Virus record (IMG/VR): IMGVR_UViG_3300025327_000039 | Location: 1 to 52,948 of that record | Reading direction: 5' to 3' (one strand) | Length of the DNA stretch: 52,948 nt | Origin: a virus | Lineage: Duplodnaviria; Caudoviricetes | In this document: piece after piece, positions 26,067-35,018 of the stretch | Numbering within the stretch: position 1 is the first letter of the stretch | Layout of the letters: each line of letters begins with the position of its first letter | Program-made: the position numbers and the translations under genes | Notes under the pieces: model-generated | Database searches by the model: none | What the model saw: the letters and a program-made list of their open reading frames with translations, nothing else | What the model was told of the DNA's origin: nothing

Positions 26067-29000
26067 ATGCCTATCGACATCACTGGATCCTTCACTCCTT
26101 CTGCGGGAGCCAACGCCTTCAAGATTTACGATTTCATCGATATCGATGTCGGCACTCCCGTCTCCAAGACACTTGCCTCTGACGCATTCACACAGACGAC
26201 GGTCTACCATGTTCTGCAGCCCCAGACTGGAACCGCAGACGATCTCGCGACAATTACGCCCATAGCCGCACCTTCGGCTCGTTCTATCATCCTGCTGCGT
26301 TGCGAAGATGCTGCCGACACGATCACGATCAAGCACAATGTCGGGAACATTCTAGTCTCGGGTGGCTCAGACTTTGTGCTGTCGGGCCAAGACGATTTCG
26401 CACTAGGCTTCTATGATGGTGTGCTATCGAAGTGGGTGATGATTGGTGGATCCGTTGGTGGCGCTGGCGGCACTCTTAATGACGCCTACGACTTTGGTGG
26501 CGTAGGAGCTGGTCGCGTCATCACCGTCGACAGCGGCTTACCGGTCACCCTTGAGGGTGTTACGGACTACGGCCTCCTCTGGTTCCAGCAGAGCGGCGAT
26601 GCCGCTCCTCGCCTGTCGATCTACAGAGACGGCAAGCTGGAATGGGGGAGTGGTAGCGGAGCCGCCGATGTCGTGCTTCAGCGGGCTGCGGCCAACGTGC
26701 TGGCTCTTGCGGCAGACGACACGCTCCGTCTCAAGAACATCGACACGGCAGCAGGTGATCTGCTAGTCAGGCCAGCAACCGGCGTGATCGATCTCATACA
26801 CGATGGCGGTGCGGCGAGCATGCGCGTCACTCGCTATCAGGACGGAACCGCTGGAGCCTGGTTTGAGGGCCTTCACGCCCGCGGGACTGAGGCCCTTCCG
26901 ACTGCTGTCCTGTCTGGCGACGACCTTGTCGTTATCGAGGCGTCTGGTCATCATGGAGGTGCCTTCGTAACAGGTGGCCAGCTGGTCTTCGAGGCGGCCG
27001 AGAACTGGGCAGGGGCTGCTTGGGGAACCCAGATGCGGCTTCTCCTGGTGCCCATTGGAACCTTCAGCAACGGCACCCAAATCATCTGGTCTGTCGCCGG
27101 CGGCGTGATTACCGTCGCCCATGAGCGCGCGACGATCCTCTCGACAGTTGCAGGCGACTTAACGCTTGATCCGGCCGGTAACATCGACGTTCTGGCGAAC
27201 ACACTCCGAGTTGCCTCGCTCGACACGGCGGCGGGTGACCAGATAACCCGGCCGGCAACGGGAATTTTTAGTGTCATACGAGATGGCGGTGCGGCGGGGA
27301 GTTACGTCACACGCTACCAGGACTCGGTTAGTGGGGCGCAATTCGTGGGGCGCCACGCGAGGGGAAGCGAGGCCACTCCCACAGTCCTTCTGTCCGGCGA
27401 CGATATCCTTGTTGTGGAGGCCGTAGGCTACAGGACTGGGGCCTTCGCGACAGGCGGGCAGCTGGTCTTTGAGGCATCGGAGAACTGGGGCGCGGTCTGG
27501 GGAACCCAGATGAAGCTCAGGATGGTTGCTACCGGTGGCTTCAGCCTCGCAGACCAGATTATCTGGTCTGTGGCCAGTGATATCCTCACTGTCGCTTATC
27601 AGCGGGAAACGATCCTGTCCACGGTTGCAGGCGACCTGCGTCTATCCCCGTTCGTCGACATCGATGCCGACGGCAACGCGATCGAGAATGTTCTGTATCA
27701 GGACTTCGACGAGGGCGCCGCTCCTGGGACTCCACCGGCAGGCCATGTGCGACTTTATGCGAAGACGGACGGCTCGATCGCCTCCAAGGACGATGCAGGC
27801 GCGGAGACAGTCCATGGCGCGGGCGGCGGCTCTGGTGATGTAGTTGGCCCCGCGAGCGCCACCGATATGGCCGTCGCGCTTTACGATGGTGTTACGGGCA
27901 GGCTCATCAAGAACTCGGTCGTCGTGTGTGACGCTTCCGGGAACATCACGGGTGTTCTAAGCATCACTGGTCCTGCCGGGGGGTCCACTATTACTGGCGG
28001 CACGGGGCCAGGCGATGACCTAATCCTCATCCCTACCAGCCACGCAACCAAAGGCGACCTGCTGGTAGATGACGTAGACATATTCAAGGTCGTCCATGAA
28101 GCGTCCGGTTCCGCCAAGTTCCAGGTGCAGAGGGCCGGGTTGGCGCAGCCATCCTTTACGATGCAGGCCGGAGCCACAGCTGGGGTTATGAAGTTCGGGT
28201 CTGGGGCCATTGCCCCGGATGCGGGAATACAGCACAACGGTGCGGGCAAGCTTCGTGCGGACGTGACGGAACTTCTGGTTTATCCGGGCATCGGCGCGGG
28301 CCTGGCGCTGGATTACGTCGTCGGCGGCGCCGGCACATTGAGGCTCACCCCTCACGCGGCCCAGACCGCCGATAGGGCTATCAGTTTCCCTGACGCCTCT
28401 GGCGAGGTGGCGTTGGATTCTGAACTACACGCCGAGGCCCACGCTGCATCCCACGCCGAGAACGCTGCCGATGAATTGGATGCTGCAAGCCTAGGCTCAG
28501 GCGCGAGCACAGACGGACAGGTTCTCACTTCTGACGGCTTGGGGGGCGCAGCTTGGGAGGCTGCGGGCGGTGGCGGCGGTTCCAGTGCTGTCGCCGCCAC
28601 TCTGGTCGTGCCTGGTTACATGCCCTCTGTCGCTGCCAACGATCTCTCGTTGCATGTCCCCAACCCTGGCGGGGCTATCACCCTCACGAACTACGAGGCC
28701 AGGGGTAGGCTGACCGACAACGGCAGCATGACCCTGCGAATCACCAACATGGCCGAGCTGGACGGAGCCTGGCTCGACTCTGACGGCGATGGGCAGGTAA
28801 ACACCGACAATACGACTGAGGCGGGGCTTCAGATCGGGACGGCGTTCAACCTGCTGGAGGACTCCACGGACTACTTCTGCTTCGGCTACGTCTCTGCGTT
28901 TGTCGGCCTCCAGTTCGACCTTAGCACCCTTGGCAGCTACGCCACTCCCACCTGGGAATACTGGAACGGGGCAGCCTGGGCTAGCCTGACCGTCACGGAC

Positions 29001-29339
29001 GGGACATCAAACTTCTCCGTGGATGGGCAGGTGACCTGGACGCCACCCGGAGACTGGGCGGCAGTCGCGCTCACCAAGGATGCAGGCGGCTCGACCGCTA
29101 GTCTCTTCTGGGTGCGTGTCAAGATGGGCACGGTGACGACTGTAGCGACAGTCTACGAGATCAAGACGCTGGTCTGGCGAGAATCGTTCACGATAGCCGC
29201 CGACGCGCAATACGCCGCCGCCGCTCTGGGCTCGAACAGGGCATGGGTGCAGAGCGAGTATCTGACGCTGGACATCACGACGATCAACAACTCTGCAGCG
29301 ATGGGTTGGGTGGTCGTAGCGAAAGGAACCTGGGACTGA
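26067..29339 (+). CDS. Long mosaic tail fibre / receptor-binding protein
   Basis: 1090 aa, Gly/Ala/Thr-rich. Fibre motifs GDVVGPASATD, ADRAISFPDASG, DGQVLTSDG; internal ~160-aa duplication. Confidence 0.7.
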   Translation: MPIDITGSFTPSAGANAFKIYDFIDIDVGTPVSKTLASDAFTQTTVYHVLQPQTGTADDLATITPIAAPSARSIILLRCEDAADTITIKHNVGNILVSGGSDFVLSGQDDFALGFYDGVLSKWVMIGGSVGGAGGTLNDAYDFGGVGAGRVITVDSGLPVTLEGVTDYGLLWFQQSGDAAPRLSIYRDGKLEWGSGSGAADVVLQRAAANVLALAADDTLRLKNIDTAAGDLLVRPATGVIDLIHDGGAASMRVTRYQDGTAGAWFEGLHARGTEALPTAVLSGDDLVVIEASGHHGGAFVTGGQLVFEAAENWAGAAWGTQMRLLLVPIGTFSNGTQIIWSVAGGVITVAHERATILSTVAGDLTLDPAGNIDVLANTLRVASLDTAAGDQITRPATGIFSVIRDGGAAGSYVTRYQDSVSGAQFVGRHARGSEATPTVLLSGDDILVVEAVGYRTGAFATGGQLVFEASENWGAVWGTQMKLRMVATGGFSLADQIIWSVASDILTVAYQRETILSTVAGDLRLSPFVDIDADGNAIENVLYQDFDEGAAPGTPPAGHVRLYAKTDGSIASKDDAGAETVHGAGGGSGDVVGPASATDMAVALYDGVTGRLIKNSVVVCDASGNITGVLSITGPAGGSTITGGTGPGDDLILIPTSHATKGDLLVDDVDIFKVVHEASGSAKFQVQRAGLAQPSFTMQAGATAGVMKFGSGAIAPDAGIQHNGAGKLRADVTELLVYPGIGAGLALDYVVGGAGTLRLTPHAAQTADRAISFPDASGEVALDSELHAEAHAASHAENAADELDAASLGSGASTDGQVLTSDGLGGAAWEAAGGGGGSSAVAATLVVPGYMPSVAANDLSLHVPNPGGAITLTNYEARGRLTDNGSMTLRITNMAELDGAWLDSDGDGQVNTDNTTEAGLQIGTAFNLLEDSTDYFCFGYVSAFVGLQFDLSTLGSYATPTWEYWNGAAWASLTVTDGTSNFSVDGQVTWTPPGDWAAVALTKDAGGSTASLFWVRVKMGTVTTVATVYEIKTLVWRESFTIAADAQYAAAALGSNRAWVQSEYLTLDITTINNSAAMGWVVVAKGTWD
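26721..27670 (+). repeat. Intragenic tandem duplication, period ~480 nt
   Basis: TLR..DTAAGD..RPATG..VTRYQD..HARG..LSGDD..TGGQLVFEA.ENW..WGTQM..TILSTVAGDL occurs twice, starting at 26721 and 27201. Confidence 0.85.
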
Positions 29340-30094
29340 TGGCCGCTATTACGAGTCTGGAGATAGAAGGTAATGTCATCGTCCTGAGAGAGGCCCAACT
29401 TGGTGAGGTGCGAATTGACACTCAGGTCATCGCGACCAGTCTCCTGCGACCCTGGGACAGAGAGGAGGCGCGGCTGACCATCGCCTCCCAACTACCGGAG
29501 GAGGTGGGGCCGCTGCTCATCGTGGAGCTCGGCCCGTTCTTCCGGGGTGAGTTCATCGAACGTCCGCCCACTTTGCCCGCGCGGGCCTACCTGAACGGGC
29601 TCACCTCCAGCGGCAATCTGGGCAACAGGGCGAACGTTTACGCGAGCGGCTGCAACTTCTCGGGGGCCACTATCGGGAACCTCACTTACGTTGACCTGGT
29701 GGACACGAGCTGCGACGGGGCCGTGTTCACCGGCAAGCTGACGTTGGTGCAGGCCCACAACACCAGCTTTGCAGGCTGCACGCTCCCATCCGAGGTTCCG
29801 CCCGATCTGTATGGGATGGTTGAGGAGGCGTTCCGGCAGGGCTACCAGCGACTGCCGAACAACATCAAGACGAGAGTCCGGAACGCGATGCTGAAGACGC
29901 TCTCCTGGGTTGAGGGGATTGAGGACGGCAAGAGGTACTTCCACTCTTGGTATGACGTAAGCAAGAAGATGATTACCGAGTTCGGGTTTGCCGGCTTCGA
30001 CGAGATGATGCGCCGCATCTTGGGGCCGTGGCCCAACCTGATAGAGCACTACGACGCCGTGCTGCTCCGGCTGAAGGCCGAGGGAGTTATCTAG
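29339..30094 (+). CDS. Hypothetical protein with short pentapeptide-repeat-like segment
   Basis: TGATG overlap. ASGCNFSGATI..DTSCDGAVF..NTSFAGCTL. Confidence 0.5.
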   Translation: MAAITSLEIEGNVIVLREAQLGEVRIDTQVIATSLLRPWDREEARLTIASQLPEEVGPLLIVELGPFFRGEFIERPPTLPARAYLNGLTSSGNLGNRANVYASGCNFSGATIGNLTYVDLVDTSCDGAVFTGKLTLVQAHNTSFAGCTLPSEVPPDLYGMVEEAFRQGYQRLPNNIKTRVRNAMLKTLSWVEGIEDGKRYFHSWYDVSKKMITEFGFAGFDEMMRRILGPWPNLIEHYDAVLLRLKAEGVI

Positions 30095-31354
30095 GTGTCC
30101 TACGTCTCCCCGGCCAACATCTACTGGTTCACCGGCTTCGAGGCGGGGGCTGTTGGGCACGAATGGGCGACCGACACAGGGGGCACCTACCAGACCACTG
30201 AGGCCCTGATAGGGTCGGGAGCACGCCGGAAGAAACTCTCTGGCGCCACCTGTATCTCCAAAGACCCTGGCTTCAACCAGGACTGGAGCGTCATCCAGTT
30301 TATGGTTGACTTCGACACAGCGGGCAGCAGCGCGGACAAGCATATGTGCGGCAAGCTGGTCAAGGCAGGGATTTTTCAGCGCCGCTTGGGGTTCATCCGG
30401 GCCACCTTAAAACATACCTGGCATCTCTACGACGCCAGCAACAACTCCCTTGCTTCCGTGACCGTCCCCCGTGGGACTTTGCTGAACGACATCTGGTACA
30501 TCATCTGGCAGTTCAAGGCCACGGCGCCTGAGTACCACGTCATCGACATCTTCCATATGGATTCAACCGGAGTGACCGGCACCGACGACAATAGCTACCT
30601 GGAGCGGACGCCCAAGGACCACGCCAGGCTGGTCTACACCTCCGCCAGCGACATCAGCACGATAGACCGCTTTGACGTAGAGGCGAACATCATCTCGGGC
30701 GGCAAGAGTCCGCCTGCTTGGGCGGGTATCATGGACGATGCAGTGGCCCTCGATGCGCCCGTGGCACGGCTGGGAGTGCTGTGCTCCCTGGCAAACGGGA
30801 ACGTGGGGGCTCCCGATAACGATTGGGAGGACTCCGTTGCCGGCGGGTCAGACGATGGCGACTATGCTCAGTGGAACAACATCCCTGCCACTGACTCGAC
30901 CTTCAACCAGAGCCCCGACACCGGCGGCACGGATCGCCAGATGTCAACGATGCAGGGCAGCGCTGAGATGGTCGACTGCTCAGCTAACCGAGGGGTCGGG
31001 AACATCACCAACCCTGGCAAGGCGCGGCTCATCGAGGGTGTGGCCTACGTCCTACGGCACGCAGACCAAGGCTCCATCACGGCGGATATCCTTCCCACCC
31101 TGCGAATCAGCGGTGAGACTGCTGTCGCTGGCTCGGCCGTGCCGGACTCTACCCCTCTCAAGAGCAACGACAACTTCTGGTGGCACAAGCAGACACCTGA
31201 GGCTATACCTACCCGCTGGACGCCGGAGAAGCTGGACAATCTGGAGGCGGGAGTGACAGCCAGTGGAGCGAGTGCGACCAACCGTAAGGTCTCAAACATC
31301 TACGCGATGGTGCTGTTCCAACAGCCTTACATAGCGGACTGCGGATTCTACTAA
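30095..31354 (+). CDS. Putative tail/receptor-binding structural protein
   Basis: WFTGFEAG N-terminus and WTPEKLDNLEAGV C-terminus, as in beta-sandwich virion proteins. Confidence 0.5.
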   Translation: MSYVSPANIYWFTGFEAGAVGHEWATDTGGTYQTTEALIGSGARRKKLSGATCISKDPGFNQDWSVIQFMVDFDTAGSSADKHMCGKLVKAGIFQRRLGFIRATLKHTWHLYDASNNSLASVTVPRGTLLNDIWYIIWQFKATAPEYHVIDIFHMDSTGVTGTDDNSYLERTPKDHARLVYTSASDISTIDRFDVEANIISGGKSPPAWAGIMDDAVALDAPVARLGVLCSLANGNVGAPDNDWEDSVAGGSDDGDYAQWNNIPATDSTFNQSPDTGGTDRQMSTMQGSAEMVDCSANRGVGNITNPGKARLIEGVAYVLRHADQGSITADILPTLRISGETAVAGSAVPDSTPLKSNDNFWWHKQTPEAIPTRWTPEKLDNLEAGVTASGASATNRKVSNIYAMVLFQQPYIADCGFY

Positions 31355-31383
31355 GCACAGGGCAACATGAACGGAGAATTGCC

Positions 31384-31725
31384 GTGAAGAAATTGAACAG
31401 CCTCACCAACCCCCTTCTTGGGTTGGACGGGCAACCACTGATGAACCAGGTGGGCACGCACCCCGACGGAACACCCATTCTTGTCCCTGAAACCATCGGG
31501 AAGACCCTGGCGAACGTGCTAGCTCGCGGTCAGTCTTCGGACGCTGTCCAGGCGATGATGATAGCGATGCGCGTCCACTCCGAGAAGTCGGTCGATTTGG
31601 AGGACGCTGATTTCGCGCTGGTCCGGGAAGCGGTGACGAAAGACACGATGCTGACGAACCTGGGGAGGGCTGCCCTCCTAACGGCGTTGGACGGAGCTCA
31701 GGCGAAAGGAGACCACAATGCTTGA
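31384..31725 (+). CDS. Small tail-fibre-associated (chaperone-like) hypothetical protein
   Basis: GGAGA SD. LLGLDGQPL..TIGKTLANVL..VDLEDADFALV pattern is common after fibre genes. Confidence 0.5.
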   Translation: MKKLNSLTNPLLGLDGQPLMNQVGTHPDGTPILVPETIGKTLANVLARGQSSDAVQAMMIAMRVHSEKSVDLEDADFALVREAVTKDTMLTNLGRAALLTALDGAQAKGDHNA

Positions 31726-31918
31726 CGCAGCAGAACCAGCCCTTGTCAATGCTGTTCCCGAAATCGAACAGATGGAGAAGAACAAGTATTCACAAGCTTC
31801 TGTTTGAGCCATGTCTCTTGGCTTTCCCTATCCGCTCGCGGTGTTCTGGATGGGCTGGCTCTACTTGACATAGTATCTTATACTCATTGTGACGAAAGCT
31901 GGTTGGAGGTACGAGCAG

Positions 31919-32146
31919 ATGCGTTATGAGTTCAAACCGCTAGCGGAACTGGGCTGGATCGTGGCGGTGGCAGTTGTGACAGAGGCTGCCCAGATGCTGA
32001 GTCAGAGCAGCGTTGATGATGTCTTGGCGGATCCAGAGGCTTGGCTGGTGACGGCCGGTGCCTCTTTGGCCCGGATTGCTCTTGCAGTCTTCCGTGGCAA
32101 TGTTGGACGTCTGGTCGGCGCCTTCTTCGGGGCAAGAGAGGGCTAG
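31919..32146 (+). CDS. Putative holin (two hydrophobic segments)
   Basis: GGAGG SD, 75 aa, two TM-like helices, at the end of the structural operon. Confidence 0.5.
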   Translation: MRYEFKPLAELGWIVAVAVVTEAAQMLSQSSVDDVLADPEAWLVTAGASLARIALAVFRGNVGRLVGAFFGAREG

Positions 32147-32362
32147 GGTGAGGGGACGGTCGCCTGCGAATCATAGCTATCCGGAGGAGGTCAGGGCGAA
32201 TAGGTGCTGAGTCGCCTAAGCTAACTGTCCACTGATAGCTACGGACTCTACGAAGACGACGACTACGTATTTCCTCTCGATCGTCCCATACAAGGAGCGC
32301 CCTTAGGACAGATAGCTGTACCGGATCGCAATGGTAACGGTGCCAAGAACTGGGAAATACCA

Positions 32363-32578
32363 ATGGTGCCGATGGCGCCTCCGGCCTTTTGTCAAAAGCA
32401 GGGGTTCTCCACTACCAACTGTTTCGACTGTATCCGTAGCAACTGCTACTTCGAGCGCTTACCGGATAGGGAGCACGTCTGGACGAAGCCTACCAAGGAC
32501 AATCTTAGGCAGAGAGGGCTGCTGCCACGCTTGCCACGACGTCGGGGGGGTCGTCAGGTAGTTGGTAGCCTCGCCTGA
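32363..32578 (+). CDS. Small Cys-rich hypothetical protein (possibly longer, from CTG 32225)
   Basis: C-x9-CxxC-x4-C. The frame is open upstream to 32225. Confidence 0.35.
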   Translation: MVPMAPPAFCQKQGFSTTNCFDCIRSNCYFERLPDREHVWTKPTKDNLRQRGLLPRLPRRRGGRQVVGSLA

Positions 32579-33053
32579 TACCACCTACCAGTCTCTCCAG
32601 ATAGGCAGCCAGCAACAGACTTTCAGCTCTCCCATGATCCTGTTTGCGAATTAGGATCCTAGCCGTGCCAGGAAAGAGCTGCTGAGCTCTTATTCTGGAA
32701 GCATCCTTGTCTCGTCCTACGCCCTGAATCATAGCTCTCTTCCACTGTGAGGGATCAACCAGGGTGTAGGGTATTCCTAAGCCCGCAAGTATGCCCTTCC
32801 AGATCCCGAATCCCTCTCCGAAGGAGAACACCGACTTCGATCCTTGCTTGGGCATGGAGTGTACAGCCTCCAAGATTGCGTGACAAGGACCGGCCGCATG
32901 TGGACGTAGGAGATCTGCCATTGCAGCTTCCAAGTAGACCCGACGGGTTGTCTTTCCCTTTGTCACTACAGCCACTGGGGTATCTGTGACAATCAGATCT
33001 GGCAGTATAGCTACTGCTCCGGCTAAGCCGACATCGATGCCTATGTATCGCAC
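32505..33053 (-). CDS. RuvC-like Holliday junction resolvase
   Basis: YIGIDVG, AILEAV, FSFGEGFG, VDPSQWK, HGRAESLLLA. GTG start at 33053. Confidence 0.85.
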   Translation of the reverse strand: MRYIGIDVGLAGAVAILPDLIVTDTPVAVVTKGKTTRRVYLEAAMADLLRPHAAGPCHAILEAVHSMPKQGSKSVFSFGEGFGIWKGILAGLGIPYTLVDPSQWKRAMIQGVGRDKDASRIRAQQLFPGTARILIRKQDHGRAESLLLAAYLERLVGGIRRGYQLPDDPPDVVASVAAALSA

Positions 33054-33238
33054 TCTGCCTCTTGGTTCGCTTGTGCCTCTCCGCGGTCTACGCTCCAGCC
33101 GCAGGACAGGCAGAAGAAGTAGGAACCGTGTTGATCTGCTTCTGTGATAATGTTTGATCCTCCGCAGTGCGCACAGCTCTCGGGACACTTGATTGGTAGA
33201 TCAGTCCTGATTGGATACAGAGGTGTAGCTCTTGTCAT
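33041..33238 (-). CDS. Small zinc-ribbon protein
   Basis: CAHCGG...CLSCGW. Confidence 0.6.
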   Translation of the reverse strand: MTRATPLYPIRTDLPIKCPESCAHCGGSNIITEADQHGSYFFCLSCGWSVDRGEAQANQEAECDT

Positions 33239-33240
33239 TC

Positions 33241-33522
33241 CTACAGCTCCTCCATCATGATTCCTAGAACTGGGCGTCCCAGCGCGACCTCTTCTCGAAT
33301 ACATATGTGGCGACGTAATGCGATCTCCATGGGTTCGCGTCCGATCAGTGCTGCCAGTGCATCTAGGTCTATCCTTCCGTCAGTCAGAGGCGCTATGCGA
33401 TTCATCAGATCGAAGATGTAGGCATCCCTGTGTGTGAACCTGCAGCTGGACCAGATCATCTTGTGTTCTGTATATACATAGATAGGCAAGCTGCGTAGGA
33501 GTTGGGCTGTGTTCGGTATCAT
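33241..33522 (-). CDS. Hypothetical protein (near-leaderless)
   Basis: Promoter TTGACA (33561-33556), 18 nt, CATCCT (33537-33532) just upstream of ATG 33522. Confidence 0.5.
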   Translation of the reverse strand: MIPNTAQLLRSLPIYVYTEHKMIWSSCRFTHRDAYIFDLMNRIAPLTDGRIDLDALAALIGREPMEIALRRHICIREEVALGRPVLGIMMEEL

Positions 33523-33559
33523 TCTGGTATAAGGATGCACCAATCACGCGTTTGGTGTC

Positions 33560-33667
33560 AAAAATGAGAAGAGGCGGATCTTGTGCTGATCGATCCGCCC
33601 CCGAGAGAGGTGAGGGAAGACGGTTCGGGTGCCGACGTGGAGACGGTGCTACCCGTACCGATTCCGC
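33560..33667 (-). ncRNA. Candidate small RNA A (~105 nt)
   Basis: Own promoter TTGTCT, 18 nt, TATAGT with extended TG (33702-33673). No start codon. 5' stem, CU-rich linker, terminator GGGGGCGGATC/GATCCGCCTC plus T tract. Confidence 0.6.
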
Positions 33668-33709
33668 TGCCTACTATAGCAGATGGTTCCGGCTATAGAC
33701 AAGTACTCC

Positions 33710-34009
33710 TTAGGGATCTTTTCGTGCTATTGGCACGGCTTGTCCTACGCGGATCAGTGTCTCTACCTCTTCTGGCGAGATCATGGCAGAGAGATCGACC
33801 AGGTCGGTGTCAATGACAGCTTGGGGGGTGCGGCAGCGTGCGCAGGCCTTGACGTGGTAGACGTAGGGAGTTGGGTGCTGTCCCGGGCCCAGTGGAGTGT
33901 CATAGCCCCCCTTGCTTAGTAGCTGCAGCCCCCAGTCAAAGAAGAGGATGCTGCCGCAGCTATTCGCTACGCATGGGTAGACATTAAGTTCTGCAGGCCT
34001 GTCTGCCAT
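33710..34009 (-). CDS. Zinc-binding hypothetical protein
   Basis: CVANSC and CARC pairs. AAAGGA SD. Confidence 0.55.
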   Translation of the reverse strand: MADRPAELNVYPCVANSCGSILFFDWGLQLLSKGGYDTPLGPGQHPTPYVYHVKACARCRTPQAVIDTDLVDLSAMISPEEVETLIRVGQAVPIARKDP

Positions 34010-34028
34010 CTGGCAATCGTCCTTTCTG

Positions 34029-34253
34029 CTATTCCTTGTAGGCCCTATTGAGACGAGCGGGGCCCAGAGGATCGTTCTTCATTCCCTTCATGATCTCGCT
34101 GTGTGGTGTGTAGGTATCTTGGTAGGCACCCTTGGAGTTGCGAAACTGCCGCTCTTCGCCGCAGAGCTTGCAACGGCCGGGGGAGAACTCCCCTCCTGTG
34201 GGACTTGCGATGACCCAGTGGTGTCGACAAAGCTCCGGGCTGTCTGTCATAGG
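34029..34253 (-). CDS. Small Zn-finger hypothetical protein
   Basis: CRHHWVI...GRCKLCGEERQFRN. Confidence 0.6.
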   Translation of the reverse strand, partial: PMTDSPELCRHHWVIASPTGGEFSPGRCKLCGEERQFRNSKGAYQDTYTPHSEIMKGMKNDPLGPARLNRAYKE

Positions 34254-34711
34254 CCACAACCGTCTACGCAGCCCTCGCGACAAGGGAGGCTGCGGCTCAT
34301 ACGATCAAGGTCCTCGCCGTCTGGGATGGGGAAGCCCATCAGTTCGCAGATCAGCTTGAGCTTGGGAGCTCCGTAGCTAGGATACAGAGTCTTCCTGACT
34401 TCAGCCAATATATCATCCTGCTCGAGTAGCCAGAGCCATGCTTCCATCTTTTCGATGCTACGGCCGGCGCTGAGTCCTCGGTGGTCACGTGCCTTCCCCC
34501 AAGCGAATTCCATGTACTCGCGCATGTCTCTTAGAGCTTTGGTCTTGTCGAGCGGATCAGGAACCCAATCGCTCATGTCCGCGCCTGCCTTCAGGAAGGG
34601 CCTGAGTTGCTCTATGCTCAGATAGGAAAGTAGGACCTCACCACGGAAGCCGAACATGTCATCGGCTTTGATGATCTCGTAGTACGCAGCGATCTCTTCG
34701 GTGGTTCTCAT
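34247..34711 (-). CDS. Conserved phage hypothetical protein
   Basis: YMEFAWGKARDHRGLSAGRS..WLWLL..YGAPKL. Start assigned to ATG 34711, downstream of promoter TTGACA-18-TACCAT (34822-34793). Confidence 0.65.
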   Translation of the reverse strand: MRTTEEIAAYYEIIKADDMFGFRGEVLLSYLSIEQLRPFLKAGADMSDWVPDPLDKTKALRDMREYMEFAWGKARDHRGLSAGRSIEKMEAWLWLLEQDDILAEVRKTLYPSYGAPKLKLICELMGFPIPDGEDLDRMSRSLPCREGCVDGCGL

Positions 34712-34894
34712 TGCAAGTTGTCGGTCGTGGGTCAGCAGCTTAGGGTGTCGCAACCAACCAATATCCAGCAGCTTTGCCACGACCAGAGCGGAATGGTAGC
34801 AGGCGTCCCTGTGAGATGTCAAGGTGGAAGCTTACATAATGAGAGGCAAAAGTCCGGTGTACGCGTACATGTACATATACATGTACATGTACAA

Positions 34895-35013
34895 TGTCTG
34901 GCGCCCGCGAGGGCCTGGGAAGGCACGAGCAGGGGGCGCCTATACAGAAAGGCGCTGACCGGAGGTCAGCTCCTTCCTGCAATCGGGGGCCATCCCTGGG
35001 AAGGGAATGCCAC
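34895..35013 (-). ncRNA. Candidate small RNA B (~115 nt, multi-stem)
   Basis: Promoter TTGACA (35047-35042), 17 nt, TAGATT with extended TG. Hairpins GCTGACC/GGTCAGC, GCGCCT/AGGCGC, GCCC/GGGC. Confidence 0.45.
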
Positions 35014-35018
35014 TGGCG

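Noticed and set aside
26721-27670. Diversity-generating retroelement TR/VR pair
   Set aside because: Both copies are in-frame coding and differ at all base types rather than only adenines. No reverse transcriptase is in the window.
31865-31884. TTGACA promoter before the holin
   Set aside because: TTGACA and TATACT are only 8 nt apart, so there is no correctly spaced pair. The -10 alone is possible but unsupported.
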